From Paragordius varius (lineage: Eukaryota > Animalia > Nematomorpha), in NCBI GenBank assembly GCA_964247055.1, contig OZ176052.1:4960001-5024000 (forward strand): 64,000 bases of DNA, in the 5' to 3' direction. How positions within the stretch are numbered: position 1 is the first letter of the stretch; every line of letters begins with the position of its first letter. Made by a program: the position numbers and the translations under genes. Shown here piece by piece: positions 1 to 14,952 of the stretch. The notes below the pieces were generated by a model that was not told the DNA's origin, did no database searches, and saw only the letters and a program-made list of their open reading frames with translations.

Positions 1-3
1 CAG

Positions 4-3000
4 GCGTTTTTGCAGCCATGGAAAATGTTACTAATCGCATCATCAAAGAAATGTAATAAACTTAACATTCACTAAAATCTATTTATGCCAAGTATAAAAT
101 AGAATATGCGATTATTGTAATTAAATTTTGAAACCTACCAAAAACACTTTTTATGAAAAAAATGTAATATATATATATATATAATTTAAGAAAGCTCTTA
201 GGGGGGATATGGTCATAATAATCACCTCATTAGTAAATCATAATTATTATTTTTAAGCATTTTTTCTAAACTATTATTGATATGCGTAATATAGATAATA
301 TTGAAATTAACGTTTAAAAAGTAAAAAAACACTTTTCCTAAAAACTTTAAGGGTGACATGGTCAAAATTTACTCTATAGTTTTTTATATTTAATAATTGT
401 TGATTGCTAATAAAAAGGGAATGTCAAAACCCGTATAGTGAAGCAACTATATGTAGTACCTTAGATGATACCAGTATGAATAATATATATAACGAATCCA
501 TCTATGATTTAACATGCTCTCCTTCAAACGATCATTATATAGTATGCAATTCTCCCAATATATCACAACCATTTCACCCCGATATAGAATTGCAATCTGA
601 GCGACCAATATCTACGGAAATCGAAACCAATAATTTCGGATTTTTTAAGTAATAATATACGTTTTTTTCGGTATCAAATAATGGATATTACTCTGTATTG
701 ATCAATGTTGTGTTTAAAATCTGTATATTAAACAAATTCTATACGCTTAAATATAATGGTTAAATAGATTTTTATAAAAATTATTGTAAAAAATGGCTGA
801 ATACTATTAATTTTACAAAAAATATGTGTAAACTATTCAGAAATCATATTATGTGACTATTTGACATAAAACATAATGATATAAGCTTAATTCATTATAA
901 ATTGTTAAAAATCTTACGGCATTTAATTTATTATTTCCTGGATTAGTTGGGTAACAAACAAGCTAACAAATCATTGATTGTGCTCAAAAAATATTAATTT
1001 TAACAACCGTCATAACCCTTTGTGATATTTGATTTAAAATATTATATATATCTAATTATAGTACTTAAGCTAAAAGTTAAAACAGATCTTTATATCCAAT
1101 ATATTTTATACATATTCTTATGATTTCTTTTGTTTTAGATGGCATGACACAAGATCCCCCTTTACAAATACATTACTTCCCATAATATCCATTCCCTCAA
1201 GCAAAAGTTTTCAAAGTGAAGACATAAAAAGCATGTCTCCAAACATTACATTGAATTTACATGAAGATGCTCCAATCATATCAGCTGATCTGGTAGATCA
1301 CAGTTCTCCCTTTTCAAGCACATCAAATTTATTGTTGTTTGATCAAACACCCCAAACTTCCAAGTTTTCACCGACCGCTCGTTTTCTAAATCAGAAAAAT
1401 TTACAGAGCGTTCATAGCTTACCAGGTATAATTGATTTTTCGATCGGTTATTAAACCGCAACTAATAGCGATGGAACACCTTAACATTTATGTACTATTA
1501 GGCTTTTTAGTGCACAGTTTTATTTTTTGAAAATATACATCCAAACTTTTGGTTTGTTTCGTTTATAATGATTTTATAGAGTTATGTGATTAATGTGAAA
1601 AATTTTTAATATTTCCCAACCATATATTTTCAACAATCAAATAATATTTGCAACAATCCAAATATGTTACCCAATAATATTTGAATGCTTCCAATAATCA
1701 AATCTTTTTCCAACAATAAATAATTTTTTATTTTTTTCAAGCACCGATTAATCACCATCATTTATTTAAAGGGTTAGAGGATCATCAGCGATTTTTTTGC
1801 TTAAAAGCGAGGTCGTCTTCCGTTTATGTGGATATTTTATTTCTCTAAATGCAGTTTATAATAAATTTAAGATCAATGAAGTAATCAACATTCTCACTCT
1901 CAATTTTATTTTCAATCATATTTCAAAAACTAAATTATAAATTAAATATTAAAATAGTATACCGTTGTTACATATTTTAAAGTAATTAATAATATTTGAT
2001 TATTACAGACGAACCATTTAGTATAAGGATTTCAAATAATTGAATTTCATCTTTATTTTAATCCATTAATATATAATAATGGCCACGTTTGGTTTTTTGT
2101 AATGGTTAGAGATATCGCTATAAATGCTGTATTTTCAGTATTATGCTAACTTAATAAAATTTTGAATATATTATCATCATATTAATGTTAATAAAATATT
2201 ATTTTGCAATCTACATATAACGTGATTAACTTATGATATTGACCGTTGCATAACTAGTCAGACCCAATCCTTATGCCATAGTAATCTGTTTTAAAAACAA
2301 TTTTGATTGTAATATTATCGGCTCATGGGATAAAATTGTTAAAAAAATTTTATTGTCTTATGTTTAAAATCTAATATAACATTTTATAATGCCTATATAT
2401 TTTGGAAATGCGGCGCCTACAAAGCCATTTGTGTTGGATATCCTTGAATTTGAGTATATCAGTTGATACAGATAATAGCAAATTTTGGCTAATGTTTGTA
2501 AAGACATAATAAACAGTGTAAATTAGATATGGAATTTATAATTAATATATATCTGAATATTACTAAAAGCCATAGCCAAGATGTCAAAACTCGCAATTTA
2601 CGGTTCAAAAGGCTTTGTTGGTAACACAATACCCCAATTTATATAGATGTCTTGAATCTTTTTATATTTTTGGGATAAATCAGAAGCGTTGCTAGAGGAG
2701 GGAAAGAGAGGCTGATGCTCCAGACGCCATAGTTGAAGGGGCACCGGATTTTAAAAAATGTTAATTTTATTTCAAAAAAATAGGTATTAAAAAGTTATTA
2801 TATTAAATAATACATAAAAATTACCTACCCATTTATGAGTGGTCATGACCACGGTTTGAATTTGATTCTTTTTGTAAAATGCAAGGAGTCGCATGGAGGG
2901 GAAGGGGGTACCAGAAATAAAAGCTACGCCTCTGGGATTAATACCATTTACTACTTTTGTCAAATATTTAAATTTATTTATGAAACAATTTGATAACAGA

Positions 3001-6000
3001 TCTTATTTATCATAATTTGTGAGTAATAAAAAAAAATTTAGTAACTTGACCTTGTATTTTATGTGCAAAAAATACCGTCCATGAAAGCCTTCTATCGATT
3101 TTATCGAAATTGAGATTCTACTTCCATAATTCGCCTAAAAACACGATAAAATCGATCTTCGAAAAAAGTGCCATTTTTACTGCATTATTTGGTGGTAAAA
3201 ATTATATTTTTCATTAATTAATAACTTTTTTAACAAAAATAATATAAATGATACAATATTTTACAGATAAAAGTTAGGTAAATAAATAGATGATAGAGTT
3301 TGATAAAATTATTAATTAATTCTTCATTTTTGTTATGCATATATAAATATTTTTTTGTAAAAATACGTTTTTTGTTGAAAATCGTCAAGATTTAATATTT
3401 TACAGTTACAAGCTTTTTATTTTGTAAAAAACTTTCCCTATAATTATAGACATTCCTGAAGACGATCTATCCAATTTATCATCAACCTCATTCGATAATT
3501 TATCCTGGGTTCACACAAAAGGGTATTTTTAATACATTTATTTATACATTTCAATATATTTGAGGTCTATTGTAATTTATATTATTATTATAGAATATGT
3601 ATACCAGGAAGTGTAGTTAAAACCATTTTTGTAAAACTAGAGCCATTTTTTGGAGTATTAAATTTGCTTTAGAAACCAAAAAACCGGTCCGTTTTGATTT
3701 ATTAAGGTGGTTTTAAAAGGTATTTAGAAGTGTGTTTCTTCCTATTTTTAAATAATTTTTTGGGTTGAATTTTTTAAAAAAGGTTATTTCCTTTATTTCT
3801 CACTGAAACGTTGCACGCAATAAAAAATTTGTCTAAATAATTGGCAAATTATATTAACAATTGAACCGAAACAAGATTTTTATAAAAAAGCGTTTACGGT
3901 TTAAAGCCTGATTGATATAAACTTATAAATAAGGATGTTTTAATTTGGGATCTAATAAAAGTTACCAAAATGGTTTAATGCCCAAAAGTTAGAATTTTAT
4001 TGTATTCCCTTAAAAAATATATAAGTTTTAAGCTTATTCAAGCACTAAGGTTCATTTAATAATTTTGAGCGTTTTATTTCATAGATTTTATAGGTCCTAA
4101 AAATAAGGTTTGTCCCTTTGCCTTAAAAATGCTTTTTATCAATTTTTTGCATATCTCTTTGCATATTTTCTTTAATCGAAGTCTCGTATTGTTTTACACT
4201 TATTACAAAAAATACAATGCAAGTAACGATATTTTACACAAGACCACATTTTTTTAGTCTTTGGTTGCATGTTATTGATTTTTTCCAATTTGTTATTCTA
4301 TATAGAAACTTTTTGGATATCAATAAATTTGATACAAAAACTGAATATAAATTAGCGCTTATAAAAGTTTAAGAGTTATAAAAAAAATTGATAAATTTTT
4401 TTAAATGTTCTCACCACAACTTACTATAATTGGTAAAAATTAAAATGGCAAAAAAGATAAATACAATAAAAGAGTTATTGGAGTCCCCCATTCAAAAAAT
4501 CTTATGTTCCCTTCATATGCATACAATTTGGGACTTTTTAAGCTAGAGCTCCAACTTGTAAAAATAATTTAAAATTTTGCTAAATATAGTTATTAACCAT
4601 TATTTGTTTGATAGAGTTTTTTTGTAGTTATTTTAAATATATAATTAAATAAATCCTAAGTCCCACTGAAACAAACAACTTTGTTACAATGAAAATTGCT
4701 GCAAAGTTATAAAAATTTATAAGATTTAAAACATCTTATAAAATATATCGGCTTAAGCTGAGGAATTTTTTACAATTAATTATTCCAAAATTAATTTGAT
4801 TAAAGCTTCTAAAAGACCAAAATAAATTGAAAGTTGACTAAATCATCGGTATTTTTATTTTTGTTGATTACAACCTACAGCTATTACTAGCGCGGCACCT
4901 AATTATTCATTAAATTTTTTTCATCTACTAATTTGAAGATATAATATGCAAATGTGTCCAATAGCCACGTAATTATCGGTGTTATAAGGTACAACAAGAA
5001 ATATTTTTGCGGCCCTTTAAATTTTTTTGGTGAGTACCACCCAGTTAACGCATACATTTTTTAATATCAAGACATATTTTATTTTAATACGGGCTCAGTA
5101 TAAGTCAACTTATAGCTTTATCTAATACGTTTTTTTAATGATTATCATAGTTTAAAATCGTTTATTACATGATTGTAGTTATAAATCCGTTTTAATAAGC
5201 ATCTATTGACATTTTCAAAGGCTTAAACTTATTTTGAATTATGGGATACAAGAATATGGTTTTTATTTAATATCCCACTTTTATACCGAAATTTAAAAAA
5301 TTTTACTTTTAAACTTTGGATGTTTAAATTTTGTTACAAATTTCGTTGATTTGCGCGAAACTTTTTATTCTCATGATTACTAAAAATAGTATGACCTAAA
5401 AAATAAAATCATTTATAAAAATTGGTATCTACCGAGGTATATTTTAAATATACAATATGATATTTGGATAGTATATAAAAAGTACTTTTAGACTATTTAA
5501 ATTAAAAGTATAAGAATGAGTCTGTCTGTTGAAAAAACTAAGTTATGCAAAATTCCCGAACATTTTTGAACAAAATCATATTGAATATAACAAGAAATGT
5601 GAAGTTTACACAATTAAGAGCCACTAAGATCCTTCTATTTAAATTAATATAACAACCGCGAATGCCGCGATGAAAAAAATCCAAAACTTCATTTAAATTA
5701 AAATATAACAACATGGTCAAAAAATTAAAATATTGGACCTAGTTGTATAAGTCATATGTGAGATATGATATCAGACACGTTTTGCACATAATGAAGATAT
5801 CTACATAAATTTAATACGATAAATTTATTTAAATTTTTTGGAATTGAAAATTTTTCACTTGAGTTAAAAAAATTTGACGTATAGATATTGGCATTTGTGT
5901 AGAATATGGTTTTATTAAAGTATTTACACACCTTTTATGCAAAATATGCATGTAACATATGTTGTGATGTAATTAATAAATTTTGCTACTATTCAAAAAC

Positions 6001-9000
6001 AGATATCACTCGATTGCGGCTTTTTGCGTTAATTTAGGAACGTATTTTATTTTAGATATATAGAGAATACGAAATATTAAACATTTAAAACTTTCCGTAA
6101 ATTTACATAAAAAGATTTTTTGATTGTGGCTAAAAAGGAAAATATGGCATACTTTTTTTAACAGAGCCAACAATATATTTTAAATTATAAAAGTTTATCC
6201 ATAATAATTTTCTCTCTTTTTTCGCGCATGTAAAAACTTGTTTGTATATTATGGAATTTAATTAATTATATTCAACAAAAATGGTTATAAAATGACATAT
6301 TTTATTTTTATAATGATTTATTTAGGAATGGAGCCAAATACAAAAAGCTAAATCCCAAAGACTCCACAACAAACGCAAAAATTGATGTTTTAAATGCTAA
6401 AAAACGTCCAAATCCCTTAGGTAGACAATTTAGATATCTGATATTATAAATTAACTATTTTAAAAATGCCTTTTTTATTACCAAATATTATGCTACTATG
6501 TAAAGAGGATGATTCATATAGATAAAAATGGTTAATTTTATTTTTTAACCATTAATCACTGTAATGGATATTACTTTCATATTAAACGTAACGTACCAAT
6601 GTTAAAAAATTAATTTGTAAAACCATTATTATATCGGAAAAATAAAAAATAATATAAATTTCAATGGATATATTAGAATCTGGATTTATTTTAATCCACA
6701 ATAGAACTAAAATAGTTTTAAACAATTGAAAGTGATTAATTTAACTCTTAGTTAAAAATTTATACTTACCTCGGAATTAAACTAAATATATTTGAAAAAT
6801 AATTGTCCATCTACTTAGGTATAAGAATGCGATATAAAAGAAAACTTAAATTTACCACTACTTTTAGATTTACACTTTTTGGAACAACCACCCTCTGAAG
6901 GGGACACAATGTGTATTGAATCCCATATTAATCGTGATACTGATCTTTTACTTGCTCAAAAAAGTCGTTCACATTTTTCTAACGCATTTACGCCAAATGA
7001 TAAGGCTAAAGATGAACGCTTTACAGAACAACCCAACTCCAATGAAGATATTTTCCCAATGGACCAAGAAAAGTATAAAATATAATTTATTACATTAACA
7101 CTTTATTATGTATTTTTTTACCAATGTTTCAAAATTAATAGGGCAAACACCCTTATTATTGTAATAGATATTATTTGAAATGCATCTTCTTATTCAACAC
7201 AAAATTTTGACATTCTTAACCCCTTTTATTAGCAAATCCTTAATGCCAGACATCACTGCAACTATTTGAATTTTTCTAATCTCCCCCTTGAGCTCTACAT
7301 TTGGGGCAATAAATCAACACTTAATAAATTAAAATCAACTTGAAATTCAGATGTCGTGCAATATAACACAGCATCAAAGCTTAAACGGTTCCTTTTCCCA
7401 GGAATGCATGAGTATTTGGCAATTAAGGCATGAATTGGAAGAAGAGGGATCCGATTCATATACTAACAATGGCCCAGTAATGCAAACTACTGGGGTGGAA
7501 ACTAATAACAGCAATAACTTTATATATAACGGCAATAATCATCCTGATAATACATCCATTATTCAAGAGCGTTACAACCGCAATAATAATTCATTTAGCG
7601 AAAGTACTATGATAAGGTAAGTTTTACAATGGCTTAATATTTTTTGACACTTGGTTAACTAAAAAATATATTTTTATTCGTATTTAGTTTATTACATAAA
7701 TTGTTGGGTGCAACAGTAGGGGCGGGTTTAGCGATAAAATATTTTAGGTAAAACTATGAAGCTTGACAAAAAATAAGGAAGGTATCGACATTTATAATAT
7801 ACTTCGTTTATCGTCCAGATGGCTAAAATTTTTTATAAATTCAATCAGATTGAGTGTTTTTAATGTACATGAAATAAAATTATTGCAAAAAACCTATTTT
7901 TATTTAACTTTATTGCCAAAATCTAAAATTTGCCTTTAAAATATGGGATGAGACTCTATTTTAGACATAAGTATTGATTAATATAATATTTTAAAAAAAG
8001 GATGTTTGAGTGAGCAGTTTTTTATCACATTATATAAACATAGAAGTATTGATTCAGCCAGAGTAACATCCTCACCTTCCTTTGAAACAGAAGATAGCTA
8101 TGTAGCGCCTACTGATGATCCATCAATTGACCGGGAACGTAGCAATGTAACTACAAATATTATTGCCAATTATCAAACTTCTTTGTCGCAAGATACAGAC
8201 GAGGATAATTTTGGTGCCAACGTGGAAGATCTCAATTCTAACCCATATAATACACAACAAAATCTTAATTCAACCGTACTATATTTTTTTCCAATATTAT
8301 ATGTATTTAAGGCAAAAATATCCCGCGAAAGCGATATTGAATTAAGTAAAGTAATTACAAAACGAATATTTCGATTTTAATTTGATTATAATGAGTCCTG
8401 CTTTTTTCATATTTAAAGGGTTTGATAAATATTTTTTGGGGGAAATAAAAGGTAATCTATTTAATATTTTTTTTATTTCACAATCTGCTAAATGGGGTAT
8501 TTTACCCTTTTATCTTTTTATTCGTAAGTCTAAAACTCTTAGATTTATATTTAATGATGTTATTATGTAATAGACATTACTTTTTGCATAATTTTACCGC
8601 AAAATCAATCAATTTTGATTACTTTAAATATAATTACAGATGTTTTAAAATACTATAAGTTTAATACATCAAACAGTCGAAAAAAACAGTTGTGTTAATT
8701 ATATATTTTTTTGGAAAAATAGGCTAGTTATTAAGGAATTACACTACGTGGCAGAATTAAAATAGTATAAATATATACCTTAGTGCTTACATATAAACTG
8801 GGATGAATTTCGATTATGTCTTACCTGGACCAGAAATCCATAAGTGTTCGCTTAAAACTTTATATATAATAAAAATGGATTTTTTTATTATTCCATAGAC
8901 AACGGATCAAACAAATCCCACCACAAATTTTTCGGAATCAAATTTGGATGATTCAGGCATATATGCATCATCGAATGACAACATTATTCCAATACAAAGG

Positions 9001-10108
9001 AGCGTTGTCGTAGAACCAACCGAAATAAACGAATCTCTTACAATGCCAATAACCACAATTGCCAAAAGTAATTCCTTAAATGAAACATATACATGTACGA
9101 CTTTTAATAAAATCAAATACCTTGTAGTGGTGTATACCCAAAATTTTGATTGCATACTACCTTTTTTGCAAACCTTTTCTCTTACCCTACTTGCGTAAAA
9201 GCTTTTTATACAAAAATGAGGCGAATCCTGGGATTATTCTAATTTAGATTTCTATTTATAGGTTTTTAGATATGACCAAGATTAAATCGAAAATTCATGT
9301 TTTAAAAAGATTAATTATTGTAGAATTCGAATAATTCCAATTAAATTAGCATGAGATTACTCCTAATGTAGTCTTTATAACACAGGGGCTTTCTTAACTA
9401 TTTTTTTTGAAATTAATCAAATGAAAAAAGTTAGAGATTAATTTCATACTATTATCTAAAATATTTGGATTGATATTATTAGATAGAATGGGTATTGATT
9501 ATAACGGTCCTAATTGGATAACAATGCTAAAATCATAACCAAATACACAATTTAAGCATAACTAAATAAATAACTCTCCTTAACCATTAATACTGTATAA
9601 TACATTAGATTGGGATTATGCAATTGATGCCAAAACGAATCGCATTTACAATGAATACCTAAGGATTGATAAAATGAAAAAATATCGACGAATAAAACCT
9701 ACACCGTCATCAATCAAGCGCATTTCACCACCCGTTTATATTAGACAAGTTAGGGCGTGTGGTTTGCTTAATCCAATTGATAATGATATGATTCCTGGTC
9801 CAAGTACTTCATTGCTAACATCTAATAATATCTGCAATATTTATAATTCTGGTGTTCCATTAAAACAAGATGTGGAGGGGTATACCGGTTTAAACGATAA
9901 AATCCAGTCGCTATCATTAGATCAGCAAGAGCGGCCGCTAAAATTTGTAAAAAACGGCTTTTTCAAATCCTTTTTCATGACTAAACAAAAAAGTAGTAAC
10001 GGGTTAGTGTTTTGGAAATCGCCAAATTTTAATTCAACCATATCCGGTGGCCAAGATAGCATTGATGAAGAAACTGAAGAAGATTTAAATAACGAAAACA
10101 ATAGATGA
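4..10108 (+). CDS. 3' part of an unrecognised multi-exon gene (about 700+ aa visible; S/T/N-rich, probably largely disordered); 5' end lies outside the window
   Basis: GT-AG exons join in one phase-consistent frame: 4-52, 418-648, 1139-1425, 3450-3522, 6326-6420, 6868-7072, 7142-7160 (micro-exon), 7351-7616, 8044-8275, 8899-9067 or 9094, 9609-10108 (TGA). This unites ORF-track hits at 404, 1233, 6879, 7351, 8006, 8944 and 9674. No family recognised. Confidence 0.7.
2681..2934. mobile_element. hAT-type MITE (254 bp) in an intron of gene 1
   Basis: TIRs CAGAAGCGTTGCT / AGCTACGCCTCTG (reverse complement CAGAGGCGTAGCT); 8-bp TSD ggataaat / ggattaat (7 of 8 match). Confidence 0.75.
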
Positions 10109-10697
10109 TAAAAAAATTTGCACTTTATATAGTATGTTTTAATAGATGCACATATTTAGTAAAACATTTTGTAATCTTATATCCATATCTTAATGAGGAG
10201 GGACTTTCTTTTTTTTCCATCGTAAAATATTTTATAAACTACCACCGTTTGCTTCCCAGTTACGCATTTATTTAAATTATATTAATACAAAATACAATAT
10301 ATATATAATAATTAAAATTTTTTTTTGCATTAATTATATTATTTACATATTTCATAAATATGGATATATGGTATTATTTTGTTAAATTACATATATATAA
10401 TATATAATGTATAATCACCGTGATTTTTACTTGCAATAATTTTATAATGGGTTAAAAAATTTATTTAAACATATAATTCTTCATATTAATTATATATTAT
10501 TTTATATTGTACACCATTTTAAAATAAATGTTGTTGTATTTACAGTATATGTATGTATGTATGTGATATTATGTGTGCACAGAGACTAGAAATTAACTTG
10601 AGTATTTTTTTGTATATTGCAAATGCCTCCTCTTTATCTGATTGCCATTGCCGCCTATTACAAAAAAAAAACTTAAATTTGAACCATAGCTGTCTGT

Positions 10698-13600
10698 TCA
10701 TTCAATAAACATTGAATCAAATATAAAACGTTGGACTTCAAGGTTGTCTTCATCTAAAATATTTGTTTGATTTAACATTTTTTGCCAATATTCGGTTCGT
10801 GTTTCATTGATAAATGCATTATATTTTGGCCGGTCAGCTACATAACAATAATTAATGATTGATAGGACTTTATACAATCTCCTATCCAAGGCTTGATAAT
10901 ATTCGTCCAGTAATAATTGTGGTATAATTTCAGATCCATCGAGTATTTGTTTGAGCAGTATTCCAAAAGAGTATCTCCGTGTGTTTGGGGTACTATATTA
11001 ACACATAAAAACGATAAAAAAATCCAAATATTATAAAATAATTAAAAAAAAGATTTTGATGACTTATGGCAGTTCATATGATATTCCCTACATTATTACT
11101 AGAAACACCGTTAAAAAATTGTCCCATTCGACATAGAAATATTTATGAATTTATATAAAACTTGAAGAATCTCCAAATAAACTATTACAAAAGATTTCAA
11201 AAAACTTTATAATAATAAAATTCGTTAGTTACGCTAGTTTTTTACATACAAGAAATTCGTTTAACCAATCTCATGCGAGGAAAGACCTACAAATATAAAT
11301 TTATTTGTTTCAATAATAAATAAAGCATACATGCAATAAATGTATAATACTACCTAATTTTTCGCAGTTAACAAACCCCTTAATTAGTGGTTCCCAACTT
11401 TTTTTTGTTTACACCCCCCGCCAAATTGGGAAAATAAATTCTTGCGATCACCCTCTCAAAAAAATAAAAATGCAAAACTCATTAAAATATTGTAAAAATT
11501 ATAATCAATGAGATCCTCTACAATAATTAGTTTCTAGTTATATTTTATAATTGAATTCTCATATTATTTCGTGCTCTCCCTATAGATTTTTCTACGCCCC
11601 CTTTTTGGAAACCATTACAATTATCATTTTGCATAACGCATTGTAGAAAAATAATTATTTTGCCTGATTTACCTGTAAAATTTTTTATTGTAATGCGAAA
11701 TATTTTCAAACGTAAATTGTTTATCCCCGTTCATGAAATCAAAAGCTGCGAGTGTCAGTAACCTTTGCCAAGTAGATCGTCGAACAACACAGCATTGATA
11801 CAATGGAGCCAAAATTGATAATTCATCATGCTAGGAAAAAAAATCAATAAAAATAAGGAGTTATAATTAGGTTAATTACGTCCTCAAAAATATTTAATAG
11901 GACAATAAAAGTTATATTTCGCAAAGTTAAATGTATTTTCTATAATAAAAACTTTAAAAATCATATTGATACCAGACTAAGATTGGATTTGAAAAATTAA
12001 CAAATCTATTAAAACTTGTATAAAAAAATTTTCCTTGCATAAAATTTAATAAATATAATTGCTAGTTATTATTTCGTGTTAATATTTATTGGATAGAAAT
12101 TAATTATAAACCATTTACAGTTCAAATTGACCCTTTAACATAAAATTCACCCTTAACCCATTCAATTTCACCTTTGAACAATTCAAATAAACCCTAAAAA
12201 CAAAATATGTGTTTTTGAACTAATATAACTCATTATTAATATGAAATGTATCTTAATGACATAGTTATTATTTTTTTAGTATTATTTTAATTTAAAAATA
12301 AAAATTTTATTTTTAAGATATAAAAATATAGGTTAATTTTAATCTTAAAAATATAATTTATTTGAGGGTGAATTTGAATTGTTTAAGGGTGAATTTAAAT
12401 TATTCAAGGGTGAATTTGAATTGTTGAAGGTTGAATTTAAATTGTAAATGGTATATAAATATTTAACCATTATACTAACTAAATATATCCCAAAATGACT
12501 ATTCTACCTTATATGTACCAAACGCTTTGCCATTATCCAACAAAACTAAGAAATCCATGGTGGAAAGCGTACTTTTTTTCTTTCTATCATATAATAGATT
12601 GTGTTCTCCTTTGTAATGGGCAAATTCAACGTGATGCCGATCACTGTTTCCAACCAAAAAATCCATAATATGTGCATCAATCAATTCGAGTAACCGATCA
12701 ATGCTTGTAAAATAATTGCTGGCATCGCTACTCATGTACACAATATGGCAAAATTTGGGCTCATATTCCCATCTATATCAATTGAAGATTAAACTATGAA
12801 ATTAAGTCAAGATAGTGGTTTTTCACTATGAAATTTTAAGATTTGTTAAGTATACTATCTTTATTAAAAAAACATATTAGAATATCGTTAAGGTTGCGTT
12901 TTGGAACAAAAAAAAGTATTTAGTTTCAAAGAATTGAATATTATTATACGTATTTGCAATCCTTTAATTTTACAAATACTTTTAGTATAAATGGCAAAAT
13001 TACGATCCGAAAAACGAAATAATTATAAATAAAAAATTTAATTTTTTACAGGGATAATCGATCATCTTGATAGGTTCGGATCCAAGGGTTTACAACTTTT
13101 TGCAAGGATATGGTTAGGGGGAGCTGTAAATTAAGTGATACTTCAAGCAAAGAAGCAGGATTTGAACATATGGCATAGTTTTTGTTACAGTAATAACATC
13201 GACCATAAAAACATAGTTTACCATCTTATATATATAAAACATACATAGAAAAATAAAGTTAGTTTTTTTGAAATTTTTAACAATTTTAAAATAGAATATA
13301 CCATTTTTGGTAAAAAATGTTGGCGATAAATCTTTGGTGGCAATACTTTGAATTTCTGAGATATTTAGGAAACGACCGGTTGTAAGGGGTACTTTGTTGA
13401 ATTCTAATAACCTTTATGGTCAAATTTTGTAATTTATATTAATTTGCATAATATTAATTCATACATAATTATGTAAAATAGAATATAAAATCTTTTATTC
13501 GCATTAAATTTTAAAAATTAAATGTGTTAATTGTTAAATTTAGGAATTTAAGTGATTAAAAATGTTCAATTTAATATAGCTTAAGCGTTAAAATTCTACC

Positions 13601-14952
13601 ATTAAAAACGGGCTATAAAACTTACAAAACATTTTATAAAAATAATTGTATTCTAGTAAAATTAATTAACTTAAACTATATCCAAAATTTTTGATACAGT
13701 ATTTTTTAGGTTGGTTAGTTAAAAACAAAAGAAATATTGATAAAATATAATAAGAAATTTAAAAATGTTATATTACAACAATATTACCTATTTATGTAGA
13801 AGGTAGCAATCTCGGCATTATGGCGATCAGCTCCTTGAAAGCCATCAAAAGTTTCATTTCTTTCATACCTAAAATTATATAATAATTGATAATAACGACT
13901 AAGGTAAAAAATAATTATTTTGTCTGTAAACTTGATAAACATTTATGTATATTTTGTAACACTCAAAATAGTAAATGACAATTACATATAAGATCAGATA
14001 TTGTAATATTAAAAATCTCTTAAAAAAAGCGCCTAAAAAATGCTTTATAAATTAATATGGTAAAATTGAAATATAACTAACCATAATACTACTACGGGTA
14101 AAACAAAATATTACACGATAAAACCTTTTGGCCTTCATAATCAATGAAATATTTGTCTTGTCGGTTTTGAGCATAAGTTTCAATTGCGTACCTCTATTCC
14201 AAGTAGATGCTCGGGACAGTTTCGCAAATCGCATATAATTAATCATATTTTTAAGACCATTTTCATGATTGGAATACAACTATAAAGAAAAATAAAGATG
14301 TTTAAATTAAAAAAACATCACTTTTTAAAACGATTAGACCTATCTATTATTATACTTGAGTTGATGTTAGCCATTCCGATGATATGTCGGTGTGTATAGT
14401 ATTAAGATTTTTTGGGATAGAATATAATTTATGAAACATATCATATAAATGTATATATTGGCTAAAATTTATTTTTTCAATTGATTGTCTATCATTAAAT
14501 AGTGCGAAATTATTAAAACGGTATATATGACTAATTAATATAAATTTGATGTTATCTATGGTAGAAATAGAGGATAAATTTGAATAAAATGCATCGATAT
14601 ATTTTTTGCGCTGATAACAAACGCTGAAATCTTTGTGAGAGCCAAAAAGGGAAATTTGATTGGAAAAATTTTGATTGTACAAATTAAAACTTTGATAAAT
14701 GTTAGATATTGAAGATAAATTAAGATCATCAAATTTTTTCTTTAACATTCTAGGATGGCTCCAATCACTATATTTTTTAATTGCTACATCTTGAAATAAA
14801 TGTTTAAGGATCAGACAATTAATAGTGAAAAAAATAAGGAAACTAATTATAAATAACTTTTTAAAACGATGCCTTAAATGATAAATTTTGTAGAAAATAA
14901 CATTGAGCGTTATCTTTGCCAAAGACACGGGTATCAGTACTTGCAATAACAT
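10698..14952 (-). CDS. FAM20B: FAM20B-like glycosaminoglycan xylosylkinase (Golgi FAM20-family kinase), 8 exons
   Basis: Exons 14952-14356, 14279-14125, 13868-13788, 13411-13302, 13224-13050, 12772-12508, 11830-11673, 10992-10698. The product has an N-terminal type II TM (FKKLFIISFLIFFTINCLIL) and the motifs GTQLKL, DRHNAEIA, CFYGRCYYC, NPWIRTY, RWEYEPKFC, DFLVGNSDRHH, LLDNGKAFG, HDELSILAPLYQCC and ALDRRL. CFYGxCYYC, RWEY and SILAPLYQCC match recalled FAM20B better than FAM20C. The start codon is the least certain part. Confidence 0.88.
11385..11617. mobile_element. Charlie/MER5-like hAT MITE, copy 1 (FAM20B last intron)
   Basis: Imperfect TIRs TAGTGGTTCCCAA / TTGGAAACCATTA; ends and subterminal sequence match the copy at 28347-28611 in opposite orientation; no TSD recovered. 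Confidence 0.65.
12109..12453. mobile_element. Foldback-type MITE with inverted arrays of a 21-bp repeat, copy 1 (FAM20B intron)
   Basis: Termini ACCATTTACA / TGTAAATGGT; left arm has about 4 degenerate TTCAAATTCACCCTTGAACAA units, right arm about 4 inverted GGGTGAATTTGAATTGTTCAA units; shared central segment (AAAACACG/ATGAG motifs). Confidence 0.8.
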
